From NCBI GenBank assembly GCA_023133485.1, contig JAGLWK010000168.1:687-64686 (forward strand): a stretch of DNA of 64,000 nt. The letters run 5' to 3'. Each line of letters opens with the position of its first letter. The first letter of the stretch is position 1. Origin of the DNA: Bacteroidales bacterium. GTDB lineage: Bacteria; Bacteroidota; Bacteroidia; Bacteroidales; B39-G9. Below the pieces are notes generated by a model. That model saw only the letters and a list, made by a program, of their open reading frames with translations. It was not told the origin of the DNA and did no database searches. This document shows positions 54,722 to 64,000 of the stretch, one piece after another. The translations under genes and the position numbers were made by a program.

Positions 54722-54757
54722 GTTGACGATATATTAATTATGGGAATAAAAATATAA
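54722..54757 (+). pseudogene. Orphan 3' end of a SpoIIE phosphatase gene (VDDILIMGIKI-stop)
   Basis: gttgacgatatattaattatgggaataaaaat (54722-54753) is a perfect 32 bp copy of 54592-54623, the end of gene C. It continues ata-taa like the ends of genes D and E. No ORF body lies upstream. Confidence 0.7.
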
Positions 54758-54793
54758 TATTATAGATAAACTCTAAATAATTCATATTACTTA

Positions 54794-57700
54794 ATGCTTA
54801 GTTTAAAAAAAATATTCTTTTATCTATTACTTATTTTATTTGTTGAATCTGTATTTTTTAACAAAAATTATTGTTATTCACAAACAAAAATTCCTAATAA
54901 CGATACAATTATTGATACTCCCGGTAATCTTGGCGCTCCTTTTATTAGAAATTTTTCACCTAAAGAATATGATGGTAGTTCACAAAATTGGGCTATTGTA
55001 CAAGACAAAAGAGGATTTCTTTATTTTGGTAATAATGACGGTGTTTTGGAATATGATGGAAAAAACTGGAGATTAATTGAAGTTTCAAATAATTCAATTG
55101 TACTTTCACTTTCAATTGATAGTAATGGGACTATATTTGTTGGTGCAATTGGCGAATTTGGTTATATGGCTACTGATTCAACAGGTTTATTATCTTATAT
55201 TTCTTTAAAAAATAAACTTAGCGATGTTAATACCGAATTTATTGATGTTTGTAAAGTTCATGCTACTAAATATGGTGTTTATTTTATTACCAAGAATAAA
55301 ATTTTCAGATGGCACAATGATGAAATTTTTGTAATTCCTGCAAATTTAAAAACCTTATTCGGATTTAATGTATATGATGAACTATTTGTTATTCAGAACG
55401 ATAGCGGTATATATATTGTCGAAAATAATAAATTAATATTATTACCGGGTACAAAAAAAATAGTTAAAGATTATGGCAGGATAATTTTAATTCCATATAC
55501 TGATAATAAAATATTAATATGTACAAGCAAAGAAGGTTTTTTTATTTATGATTTTAAAAAATATATTACTGAAACTACAAAATCATCAAACACAAATTCT
55601 GATAATGAACAAATACAAACGTCTTATATTAAGAAATTTAACACACAAATTGAAGAGTATCTAAAATATAACAGAATATATTCGAGTGTAAAAGTAAACG
55701 ATAACAAATATGCCTTTGCAACATTAAATGGAGGCATTATTATCATGGATAAAAAGGGTAAATTATTACAGCTTATTAATAAAAACAGGGGACTGCAGGA
55801 TAATAGTGTATTTAATATTTATGTTGATAAAAATCAAAATTTATGGGCAGCATTAAATCTTGGGGTCACAATAATAGAAATTAGTTCCCCCATAACAAAA
55901 TTTGATGAACTTAGTGGGCTTGATGGAGTAGTATTATCAACTATTGAACATAAAGGTAAAAGATACGCCAGCACAATGTATGGTTTATATTATTTACCGG
56001 AATATAAAATTAATTCTAAAAATGATAAAAATATTTTCTTACCTGTGTTAAATACACAATCATCATGTTTTGATTTTTATTCTGATAAAAATGTATTATT
56101 AGCATTAGGTAATTCCGGAATTATTTTAATAAATGATACTATTGCAACCAATTTATTTGATATAGGTCAGATATATTGTCATAGCTTATCAAAAAAATTC
56201 CCAAATCATATTTTCTTTGGTATTACAGATGGTTTTGCTTCAATTGAAATTATTTCTTCAAAAGAAAAAAACAAATATAAAAATCACTATAAAAACGAAA
56301 AAATAATACCGGAAGTAAAAGTAAAATTCATTGATAATGGCAAATTTAAAGATATTGAGGAATCAATTATTAAAGTTATTTCTGATAGTGTGGGCGACTT
56401 GTGGTTATCATCATTTCATAATGGAATTATTCATTTAAAATTTCAAGAAAATAATATCTCGGATTATACTATTACACGATATGATACCACTAATGGTTTA
56501 CCTCAACTTAGTGAAAATTATGTTCATAACATTAACAAAAATATAGTAATTGGAACTAAAAAAGGAATTTATAAAGCTATTATAAACCAAAAATCATTTA
56601 ATGATGATTTTAATTTTGAATTTATACCTGATACTTCTTTTGGAAAAATTTATTCTTCCGATTCTATAAGTGTAGAACAAATATATCTTGATAGAAAAAA
56701 TGAAATATGGATAAATTCAAGTATAGGAATAAGTAAAATAACAAAAACAAATAAAAATCCTGATAATAAATATTCATTACCAATAAAAAGAATACCGGTA
56801 AAATCAATATATAAATTATCTATTGATAAAGATAATATTATCTGGATATGCTCAAGTGATGGATTATATCGTTTTAATCCTGTAAATGAAAAAATATGTA
56901 ATATTCCTTTTTATTCCCATATTCGTAAAGTTATAATTGGCAATGATTCTATTATTTTTAATGGAACTTATTTTGTTGATTCACTATTAAAAAATAATTA
57001 TTATACATTATTATCATTTGTTCAACCCAAAAATTTAATTCCTGTTATTCTTTATAAAAATAATTCAATTACATTTGAATATAGTACTACATATTATGAA
57101 AAGGGAGAATCAAATCTGTTTAGATATTTTTTAGTAGGTTTTGATAAACAATGGAGTAACTGGACACCTGAAACAAAAAAAGAATACACAAATTTACCTG
57201 AAGGAACTTATTATTTTAAAGTAGAAGCAAAAAATATTTATAATCTAAATAGCAATGCAGCAATATATAAATTTATAATATTCCCGCCATGGTATAGAAC
57301 TATTGTTGCTTATATTATTTATATTATTCTATCAATCTTATTAATAATTATTATAGTAAAAATTTATACGAGGCGGCTTAAGAATGCGAAAAAACTTTTA
57401 GAAAAAATCGTTAAAGAACGAACAACAGAAATCAGAAAACAGAATACTGAAATATCTCACCAAAAAGAAGAAATTCAACTGCAAGCAGAACATCTGTCAG
57501 AGGTAAACGAAGAACTGGAAAAACTATCAATAGTTGCCAGTAAAACAGATAATGCCATTATTATAATGGATGCTAAAGGTAATTTTGAATGGGTAAATGA
57601 TGGATTTACTAATTTATACGAAATTACAATTGATGAATTAATTAATGATTTTGACAAAAATATTATTAAAGCAACACCTAATACTAATGCACAGGAATTA

Positions 57701-58651
57701 ATTAAATATGCAATACAAAATAAGAAAACTATAAATTATGAATCTTATTTTTTAACAAAAAGCAAGAAAAAGATATGGAATCAAACAACTCTTACACCAA
57801 TACTTGATGAAAAAGGAAATATTAAAAAGTTAATAGCTATTGATAGTGATATTAGCAAATTAAAAAAAGCTGAAGAAAAAATTATTAAACAAAAAGAAGA
57901 AATAACAGATAGTATTGTTTATGCAAAAAGAATACAAAATGCTCTTTTCCCATCAAAAGAAATAATGGATACTACAATTTCACAATATTTTGTACTTGAT
58001 ATGCCTCGCGGAATTGTAAGCGGTGATTTTTATTGGTTTTCAAAAATTAAAGATAAAATTGTAATTTCTGTAGCTGATTGCACCGGACACGGTGTGCCTG
58101 GCGCTTTTATGAGTATGTTGGGAGTTTCATTTTTAAATAAAATTGTAAATGAAAAAGGTATAATTAAACCAAATGAAATTCTTGACAGGTTAAGAAATAA
58201 TGTTATTATCTCATTACATCAAACAGGAGAAGCTGGCGAGGCTAACGATGGAATGGATATCGCACTAATTGCAATTGATAAAAAATCAAATATACTTGAA
58301 TATGCAGGAGCAAATAATTCTGTTTATTTAATTCGTAATAATGAACTAACAGAAATTTTTGCAGACAAAATGCCCATATGTATTTATCGTGAAATAGAAA
58401 CTCCTTTTTCATGTCAGAAAATATCTATTCAAACAGGAGATATGTTATACCTTTTTACCGATGGCTATGTTGACCAATTCGGCGGTTCAAAGGGGAGAAA
58501 ATTTTTATATAAAAATTTTAAAAACTTATTAAAAGAAATTCATAAATTGCCTGTAAATGAACAAAAAAAACTATTAAAAGACAGACTTATAAAATGGAAA
58601 GAAGGCTATGATCAAATTGATGATATATTGATAATGGGAATTAAAATATAA
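54794..58651 (+). CDS. Receptor PP2C phosphatase D: signal/anchor, beta-propeller repeats, Y_Y_Y domain, TM helix, PAS domain and SpoIIE domain
   Basis: The Y_Y_Y region is FRYFLVGFDKQWSNWTPETKKEYTNLPEGTYYFKVEAKNIYN. The TM helix is IVAYIIYIILSILLIIIIV. The PAS part is SIVASKTDNAIIIMDAKGNFEWVNDGFTNLYEITIDELI...IWNQTTLTPILDEKGNIKKLIAIDSDIS. SpoIIE motifs are intact. Confidence 0.85.
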   Translation: MLSLKKIFFYLLLILFVESVFFNKNYCYSQTKIPNNDTIIDTPGNLGAPFIRNFSPKEYDGSSQNWAIVQDKRGFLYFGNNDGVLEYDGKNWRLIEVSNNSIVLSLSIDSNGTIFVGAIGEFGYMATDSTGLLSYISLKNKLSDVNTEFIDVCKVHATKYGVYFITKNKIFRWHNDEIFVIPANLKTLFGFNVYDELFVIQNDSGIYIVENNKLILLPGTKKIVKDYGRIILIPYTDNKILICTSKEGFFIYDFKKYITETTKSSNTNSDNEQIQTSYIKKFNTQIEEYLKYNRIYSSVKVNDNKYAFATLNGGIIIMDKKGKLLQLINKNRGLQDNSVFNIYVDKNQNLWAALNLGVTIIEISSPITKFDELSGLDGVVLSTIEHKGKRYASTMYGLYYLPEYKINSKNDKNIFLPVLNTQSSCFDFYSDKNVLLALGNSGIILINDTIATNLFDIGQIYCHSLSKKFPNHIFFGITDGFASIEIISSKEKNKYKNHYKNEKIIPEVKVKFIDNGKFKDIEESIIKVISDSVGDLWLSSFHNGIIHLKFQENNISDYTITRYDTTNGLPQLSENYVHNINKNIVIGTKKGIYKAIINQKSFNDDFNFEFIPDTSFGKIYSSDSISVEQIYLDRKNEIWINSSIGISKITKTNKNPDNKYSLPIKRIPVKSIYKLSIDKDNIIWICSSDGLYRFNPVNEKICNIPFYSHIRKVIIGNDSIIFNGTYFVDSLLKNNYYTLLSFVQPKNLIPVILYKNNSITFEYSTTYYEKGESNLFRYFLVGFDKQWSNWTPETKKEYTNLPEGTYYFKVEAKNIYNLNSNAAIYKFIIFPPWYRTIVAYIIYIILSILLIIIIVKIYTRRLKNAKKLLEKIVKERTTEIRKQNTEISHQKEEIQLQAEHLSEVNEELEKLSIVASKTDNAIIIMDAKGNFEWVNDGFTNLYEITIDELINDFDKNIIKATPNTNAQELIKYAIQNKKTINYESYFLTKSKKKIWNQTTLTPILDEKGNIKKLIAIDSDISKLKKAEEKIIKQKEEITDSIVYAKRIQNALFPSKEIMDTTISQYFVLDMPRGIVSGDFYWFSKIKDKIVISVADCTGHGVPGAFMSMLGVSFLNKIVNEKGIIKPNEILDRLRNNVIISLHQTGEAGEANDGMDIALIAIDKKSNILEYAGANNSVYLIRNNELTEIFADKMPICIYREIETPFSCQKISIQTGDMLYLFTDGYVDQFGGSKGRKFLYKNFKNLLKEIHKLPVNEQKKLLKDRLIKWKEGYDQIDDILIMGIKI

Positions 58652-58658
58652 TATTGTT

Positions 58659-61052
58659 ATGGTATTCAAAATTATATCAAAATATACTTTATTGCTTATA
58701 TTATTTTTTTATTATTTCTATGCTTTTAGTTATAATAATCCAAAAATTGATAATCTTCAAAAGCAATTAAAATCGGCAGAGGAAAACCAAAAAGCAGAGA
58801 TCTATAATAAACTTGCTATAGCATATAAAGGAATCTCTCCCGAAAAAATTATTGAATATGCTAAAAAAGCTCTCGAATTGTCTAAAACATCCGGTAATAA
58901 ATTAATTGAAGCAAATGCTTTATTGAATATTGGGATGGGTTATTTTCATCTTGGCAATTATGATAAAACATTAGAATATTATTTAGAATCATCTGATATA
59001 ATGGATAGTATTGATAATAAGAATGGTTCTGCAGAATGCTTGATTGGTTTGGGAAACGTTTATATGCAACTAAATAAACTAAACAAAACTTTAAATTATT
59101 ACAAGGAAGCTTTAATAATCAAGACAGAAATTAAAGATTCAATAGGAATAGCTGCAATTTTAAATAATATCGGAGTTGTATATCTCGAATTGGAAGACAA
59201 TAAAACAGCAATGGAATATCACGTAAAATCTTTAAAAATAAAAGAAATAATTGGAGATTTAATAGGTACAACTTATTCCTTAAACAATATTGGATATACT
59301 TATTTCAATTTGAATGACTATAATAAGTCTCTTGATTGTTATTTTAGAGCATTGAAAATAAGAGAAAGAATCGGGAGCGAGAAAGAAATAGCTGTTTCTT
59401 TATTTAATATCGGAGAAACATATATTATATTAAAAAATTATAATGAAGCATTATTATATCTTGAAAGATCATTAAAATTATCCAAAAAATCAAAATCCAA
59501 ATATTTAACAAAAAGCATTTATAAAATTTATTCAGATTTATATGAAAATATCGAAAATAATACGAAAGCTTTAGAATATTATAAATTGTATTCAACATTA
59601 AAAGATAGTCTTTATTCAGAACAAAGCAATAAGAAAATTGCTGAATTACAGGTTCAATTTGATTTGGAAAAAAAACAAAAAGAAATAGAGTTATTAACAA
59701 AAGATAAAGATGCTGAGATAAAAAAACGAAAATTAATTAGTTATTCATTTATTCTTGGATTTATTCTGATTTTATTATTTACTTTTTTAATATACAGCAG
59801 GTTTCGTGTAAAGAAAAAAGCTAATATTTTATTAGAAAAGAAAAATTTAGAAATTAATCAGCAAAAAGAAGAAATCCAGGCTCAAGCAGAAAACCTTTCG
59901 GAAATAAACGAAGAGCTGGAAAAACTTTCAATAGTTGCCAGCAAAACAGATAATGCAATTATTATTATGGATGCAGAAGGAAATTTTGAATGGTTAAATG
60001 ATGGATTTACTAATTTATACGAACTTACAATTGATGAATTAATAAATGATTTTGGCAAAAATATTACTAAAGCAACACCTAATCCTAATGCAAAGAAATT
60101 AATTAAATACTGCATAGAAAATAAAGAAACTATTAATTACGAATCTTATTATGTAACAAAAAGCCAAAAAAAGATATGGAATCAAACAACTCTTACACCA
60201 ATACTTGATGAAAAAGGAAATATTAAAAAGTTAATAGCTATTGATACTGATATTAGCAAATTAAAAAAAGCTGAAGAAAAAATTTTTAAACAAAAAGAAG
60301 AAATAACCGATAGCATTATTTATGCTAAAAGAATACAGAATGCTCTTTTCCCATCAAAAGAAATAATGAATACTACAATTCCGCAATATTTTGTACTTGA
60401 CATGCCTCGCGGAATTGTAAGCGGTGATTTTTATTGGTTTTCAAAAATTAAAGATGAAATTGTAATTTCTGTAGCTGATTGCACCGGACACGGTGTGCCG
60501 GGTGCATTTATGAGCATGCTTGGAGTAACATTTTTAAATAAAATTGTAAATGAAAAAGGCATAATTAAACCAAATGAAATTCTTGACAGGTTAAGAAATA
60601 ATGTTATTACATCATTACATCAAACAGGAGAAGCCGGTGAGGCTAACGATGGAATGGATATCGCACTAATTAATATCGACAAAAAATCAAACATACTTGA
60701 ATATGCAGGAGCAAACAATTCTGCTTATTTAATTCGTAATAGTGAATTAACAGAAATTTTTGCAGACAAAATGCCCATAGGTATTTATCGTGAAATAGAA
60801 ACTCCTTTTTCATGTCAGAAAATATCTATTCAAACAGGAGATATGTTATACCTTTTTACTGATGGTTATGTTGACCAGTTCGGCGGTTTAAGGGGAAGAA
60901 AGTTTTTATATAAAAATTTTAAAAACTTATTAAAAGAAATTCATAAATTACCTGTGAGTGAACAAAATAATTTGTTAAAAGATAAACTATTAGAATGGAG
61001 AGGAAAGTATGAACAAATTGATGATATATTGATAATGGGAATAAAAATATAG
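58659..61052 (+). CDS. Receptor PP2C phosphatase E: anchor, TPR repeats, TM helix, PAS domain and SpoIIE domain
   Basis: TPR units such as ..ALLNIGMGYFHLGNYDKTLEYYLES.. The TM helix is ISYSFILGFILILLFTFLIY. The PAS plus SpoIIE part is about 90% identical to gene D. The gene starts 7 nt after the gene D stop. Confidence 0.85.
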   Translation: MVFKIISKYTLLLILFFYYFYAFSYNNPKIDNLQKQLKSAEENQKAEIYNKLAIAYKGISPEKIIEYAKKALELSKTSGNKLIEANALLNIGMGYFHLGNYDKTLEYYLESSDIMDSIDNKNGSAECLIGLGNVYMQLNKLNKTLNYYKEALIIKTEIKDSIGIAAILNNIGVVYLELEDNKTAMEYHVKSLKIKEIIGDLIGTTYSLNNIGYTYFNLNDYNKSLDCYFRALKIRERIGSEKEIAVSLFNIGETYIILKNYNEALLYLERSLKLSKKSKSKYLTKSIYKIYSDLYENIENNTKALEYYKLYSTLKDSLYSEQSNKKIAELQVQFDLEKKQKEIELLTKDKDAEIKKRKLISYSFILGFILILLFTFLIYSRFRVKKKANILLEKKNLEINQQKEEIQAQAENLSEINEELEKLSIVASKTDNAIIIMDAEGNFEWLNDGFTNLYELTIDELINDFGKNITKATPNPNAKKLIKYCIENKETINYESYYVTKSQKKIWNQTTLTPILDEKGNIKKLIAIDTDISKLKKAEEKIFKQKEEITDSIIYAKRIQNALFPSKEIMNTTIPQYFVLDMPRGIVSGDFYWFSKIKDEIVISVADCTGHGVPGAFMSMLGVTFLNKIVNEKGIIKPNEILDRLRNNVITSLHQTGEAGEANDGMDIALINIDKKSNILEYAGANNSAYLIRNSELTEIFADKMPIGIYREIETPFSCQKISIQTGDMLYLFTDGYVDQFGGLRGRKFLYKNFKNLLKEIHKLPVSEQNNLLKDKLLEWRGKYEQIDDILIMGIKI

Positions 61053-61114
61053 GTAATTAATAAGTACTTAAAGTGAACTAAAGTTTTGAGTGCCTAAACT
61101 GCCTACTAGCAGGC

Positions 61115-61245
61115 CAATGTCAATAAGTTAAGGTTTAAATAATTTAATAGATTCCTGCTTTCGCAGGAATGACATGTAAAAGTAACTTTTTAAAAGCTAT
61201 TGTCATTCCGCACTTGATGCGGAATCTGTTAACTTATTGACATTG
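61115..61245. mobile_element. MITE-like element, TIR family CAATGTCAATAAGTTAA, copy 4 (best preserved)
   Basis: Perfect 17 bp TIRs, caatgtcaataagttaa (61115-61131) and ttaacttattgacattg (61229-61245). The internal hairpins are attcctgctttcgcaggaat and attccgcacttgatgcggaat. The flanks contain GCAGGC on both sides, inside a ctgcct...aggcagg palindrome. Confidence 0.75.
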
Positions 61246-61516
61246 ACCGGCAGGCAGGAGTCATTTAATATGGATAATAAGTAACTAATCACAGTTTCTC
61301 TTTTGTAGTTTTACTATGGAGAAGGAGCAATATAACAGACTGTCTTGATTTTTCAAGGAAATACTTATAAAAAATATTAAAAACATGAGTAATTTCGTTA
61401 GCAATTAGTAAGAAATCGAAACTCTAAGTACTTTAGGCACTCTATAAAAACCAAGCTTTTATTTTGAGCCGAAGTATTAGGCACTGAGTAATTACAAATA
61501 TAGAAAAGTAATAATA

Positions 61517-63982
61517 ATGCTTGTATATAAAATTGAAAAAATTAATGATATTATTAGTGGTAATCTGAATGGAAATGGAAAAAGTTTTATAAAATATCTT
61601 GCAACTGATAGCAGGAACATTATTTCTCCTGATGAGTCATTGTTTTTTGCATTAACCGGTGAAAGATATAACGGGCATAACTTTATTGAGGAACTTTATA
61701 AACAAGGTGTAAGAAATTTTGTTGTAAGTTCAATACCTGTTAATTATTCTGATTTTAAATTCTCAAATTTTATTCTTGTCGAAAATACTTTATTGGCACT
61801 ACATAAATTATGCTCTTTTCACCGCTCACAATTTAAAATACCTGTAATTGGAATTACCGGAAGTAACGGAAAAACCATAATTAAAGAATGGTTGTATCAA
61901 ATGCTCGCTGAGGATAAAAAAACTGTGAAAAGCCCTAAAAGTTATAATTCTCAGATAGGAGTCCCACTTTCTGTCTGGTTATTAGATAATATTTATGAAG
62001 TGGCAATATTTGAAGCAGGTATTTCGTTGCCCGGTGAAATGGAAAAACTTCAAAAAATCATACAACCTAATATCGGAATATTTACTAACATCGGAAATGC
62101 ACATCAGGAAAATTTTACTTCATTAGAACAAAAAACAGATGAAAAATTAAAACTCTTTTATAATTGTGAAATACTTATATATTGCAAAGACCATAAAATA
62201 ATTGATGACAAGATTAATGAAACAGAAATATTAAAAAATACGAAAATTTATAGCTGGTCAAAAAATCAAAATGCTAATCTTGAAATAAAACAAATAATAA
62301 AAAAGTCAAGTTCAACAGAAATATCAGGAATTTACAAATCAAAAAAAATAAATATTAAAATACCGTTTATTGATAATGCATCAATTGAAAATGCCATACA
62401 TGTGTGGCTGTTATTACTTTTGTTTGATAACGAAACCAAGCTTATTGAAAAAAGAATGAAATCTTTGTCACCTATTGCAATGAGGTTGGAGCTTAAAGAA
62501 GGAATTAATAACTGTACAATAATTAATGATTGTTATAATTCTGATATCGAATCAATAAACATAGCACTTGACTTTCTAAAACAACAAAAACAACATAAAA
62601 AATATACTATTATATTATCTGATATTTTGCAAAGTGGATTACCAAATTCAATATTATACAGGAATGTTGCAAAACTTGTAAATAAAAAAAAGATTAATAG
62701 GATAATCGGAATAGGAGAATCAATATCAGCTAATTCTAATTTGTTTTTTGATGAAAAAGTGTTTTTTAATACTACTGATGAATTTCTTAATAAATTCGAT
62801 AAAAGTAGTTTTAATAATGAAGCAATACTTTTAAAAGGTTCAAGACAATTTACATTTGAAAAAATATCAGTTGTTTTGCAAAAAAAGTCTCATAGAACTG
62901 TTCTTGAAATTAATCTTAATGCATTAACACATAATCTTAATTATTTTAGGTCAAAATTAAAACCAAAGACAAAAATAATGGCTATGGTAAAAGCCCTTTC
63001 GTATGGTAGCGGAACATTTGAAATTGCTAATCTTTTACAACATCAAAATGTTGATTATCTCGGAGTTGCTTTTGTTGATGAAGGAATTAACCTGAGAGAA
63101 AACGGAATAACAACACCAATACTGGTAATGAATCCTGAGGAACAAGCATTTAAATCAATGATTGAATATGACCTTGAACCTGAAATATATAATTTTAGAA
63201 TCCTTGAACTTTTTAACGAAACTTTAAATCTATCCGACAAAAATTCATATCCTGTTCATATTAAGATTGATACAGGAATGCATCGTCTTGGATTTATTAA
63301 AGATGATATTCCGCAGTTAATAAATTATTTAATTAATAATCAAAGGATAAAAATAAAATCGGTGTTCTCTCATTTGGCAGGAGGTGATGAGGAAATGCAT
63401 GATACTTTTACCAAACAACAATTTGATAAATTTGAAGAAATATCTGAACAAATAAAACAAAATTTTAATTACCCGATAATCACTCATATCCTTAATTCAT
63501 CAGGCATTGAACGATTTCCCGAAAAACAATACGAAATGATTCGCCTTGGAATAGGATTATATGGAATTAGTTCAACAAATCAGGATAAACTGCATAATGT
63601 TAGTTCGTTAAAAAGTCATATTTTACAGATAAAACAAGTTTCAAATAGTGATACTATCGGATATAGCAGAAAAGGAATTGTTACAAGAGATTCAATTATT
63701 GCTACAATACCAATCGGTTATGCCGATGGTTTAAGCCGACAACTAAGCAATGGGAAAGGTAAAGTGTTAATAAACGGAAAATTTGCTCCCATTATCGGGA
63801 ATATTTGCATGGATATGTGTATGGTAGATATTACAGATATTGAAGCATCAGAAGGTGATATGGCAATATTTTTCAGTGATGATTATCCGATTACTAAAAT
63901 GGCAAAACAACTTAATACAATTCCTTATGAAATACTTACAAGTATCTCAAGTAGGGTTAAACGTGTGTATTATCATGAATAA
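61517..63982 (+). CDS. murF: Bifunctional UDP-N-acetylmuramoyl-tripeptide--D-alanyl-D-alanine ligase (MurF) / alanine racemase (Alr)
   Basis: The N-terminal half has Mur ligase motifs (GITGSNGKTIIKEWL, FEAGIS.PGEM, IFTNIGNAHQENF). The C-terminal half is an alanine racemase (AMVKALSYGSG PLP-Lys region, HIKIDTGMHRLGF, FSHLAGGDE, GIGLYG, GYADGLSR). The frame is continuous at 821 aa. Confidence 0.85.
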   Translation: MLVYKIEKINDIISGNLNGNGKSFIKYLATDSRNIISPDESLFFALTGERYNGHNFIEELYKQGVRNFVVSSIPVNYSDFKFSNFILVENTLLALHKLCSFHRSQFKIPVIGITGSNGKTIIKEWLYQMLAEDKKTVKSPKSYNSQIGVPLSVWLLDNIYEVAIFEAGISLPGEMEKLQKIIQPNIGIFTNIGNAHQENFTSLEQKTDEKLKLFYNCEILIYCKDHKIIDDKINETEILKNTKIYSWSKNQNANLEIKQIIKKSSSTEISGIYKSKKINIKIPFIDNASIENAIHVWLLLLLFDNETKLIEKRMKSLSPIAMRLELKEGINNCTIINDCYNSDIESINIALDFLKQQKQHKKYTIILSDILQSGLPNSILYRNVAKLVNKKKINRIIGIGESISANSNLFFDEKVFFNTTDEFLNKFDKSSFNNEAILLKGSRQFTFEKISVVLQKKSHRTVLEINLNALTHNLNYFRSKLKPKTKIMAMVKALSYGSGTFEIANLLQHQNVDYLGVAFVDEGINLRENGITTPILVMNPEEQAFKSMIEYDLEPEIYNFRILELFNETLNLSDKNSYPVHIKIDTGMHRLGFIKDDIPQLINYLINNQRIKIKSVFSHLAGGDEEMHDTFTKQQFDKFEEISEQIKQNFNYPIITHILNSSGIERFPEKQYEMIRLGIGLYGISSTNQDKLHNVSSLKSHILQIKQVSNSDTIGYSRKGIVTRDSIIATIPIGYADGLSRQLSNGKGKVLINGKFAPIIGNICMDMCMVDITDIEASEGDMAIFFSDDYPITKMAKQLNTIPYEILTSISSRVKRVYYHE

Positions 63983-64000
63983 TTAGTAGAAACAATTAAA

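Overview
This is a strongly AT-rich window with Bacteroidota-type gene content: a CarboxypepD_reg/TonB-dependent receptor, a GldH-like lipoprotein, a T9SS C-terminal sorting domain, a GWxTD protein and TAnnTTTG -7 boxes. I saw no rRNA, tRNA or CRISPR. Housekeeping genes include a PiT phosphate transporter, M1, M20 and C69 peptidases, rhomboid, rlmB, hldD, mqnD, tdk and a murF-alr fusion. They are interleaved with small accessory modules: HEPN/MNT, a decayed AbiEi/AbiEii pair, HigB with a HigA-ImmA fusion, and a MORN/YwqK protein.

Two things stand out.

(1) Positions 46.5-61.1 kb hold five same-strand, back-to-back genes for membrane-anchored receptor PP2C (SpoIIE/RsbU-type) phosphatases. A sixth lies at 16.2-18.0 kb. 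Unrelated N-terminal sensor modules (TPR, Reg_prop/Y_Y_Y beta-propeller, YfiR-like DUF4154) are joined to near-identical TM-(PAS)-PP2C output modules. The array shows clear recombination scars: 0.83 kb and 1.18 kb near-identical tracts, a shared TTG-start signal-peptide module, and an orphan 3' gene end. No STAS or anti-sigma partner is visible in the window.

(2) The intergenic DNA is built from nested, hierarchical palindromic repeat modules. These include a ~128-131 bp MITE-like element with 17 bp terminal inverted repeats, present in four copies. One copy sits inside another palindromic element and is flanked by an 11 bp direct duplication. An empty paralogous site is present elsewhere in the window.

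Other observations: 7 bp and 8 bp periodic tracts next to gene ends, a circularly permuted beta-helix lipoprotein paralog pair, and a four-helix-bundle (IVS-type) gene bracketed by inverted repeats. All identity estimates are hand counts. No database search was possible.
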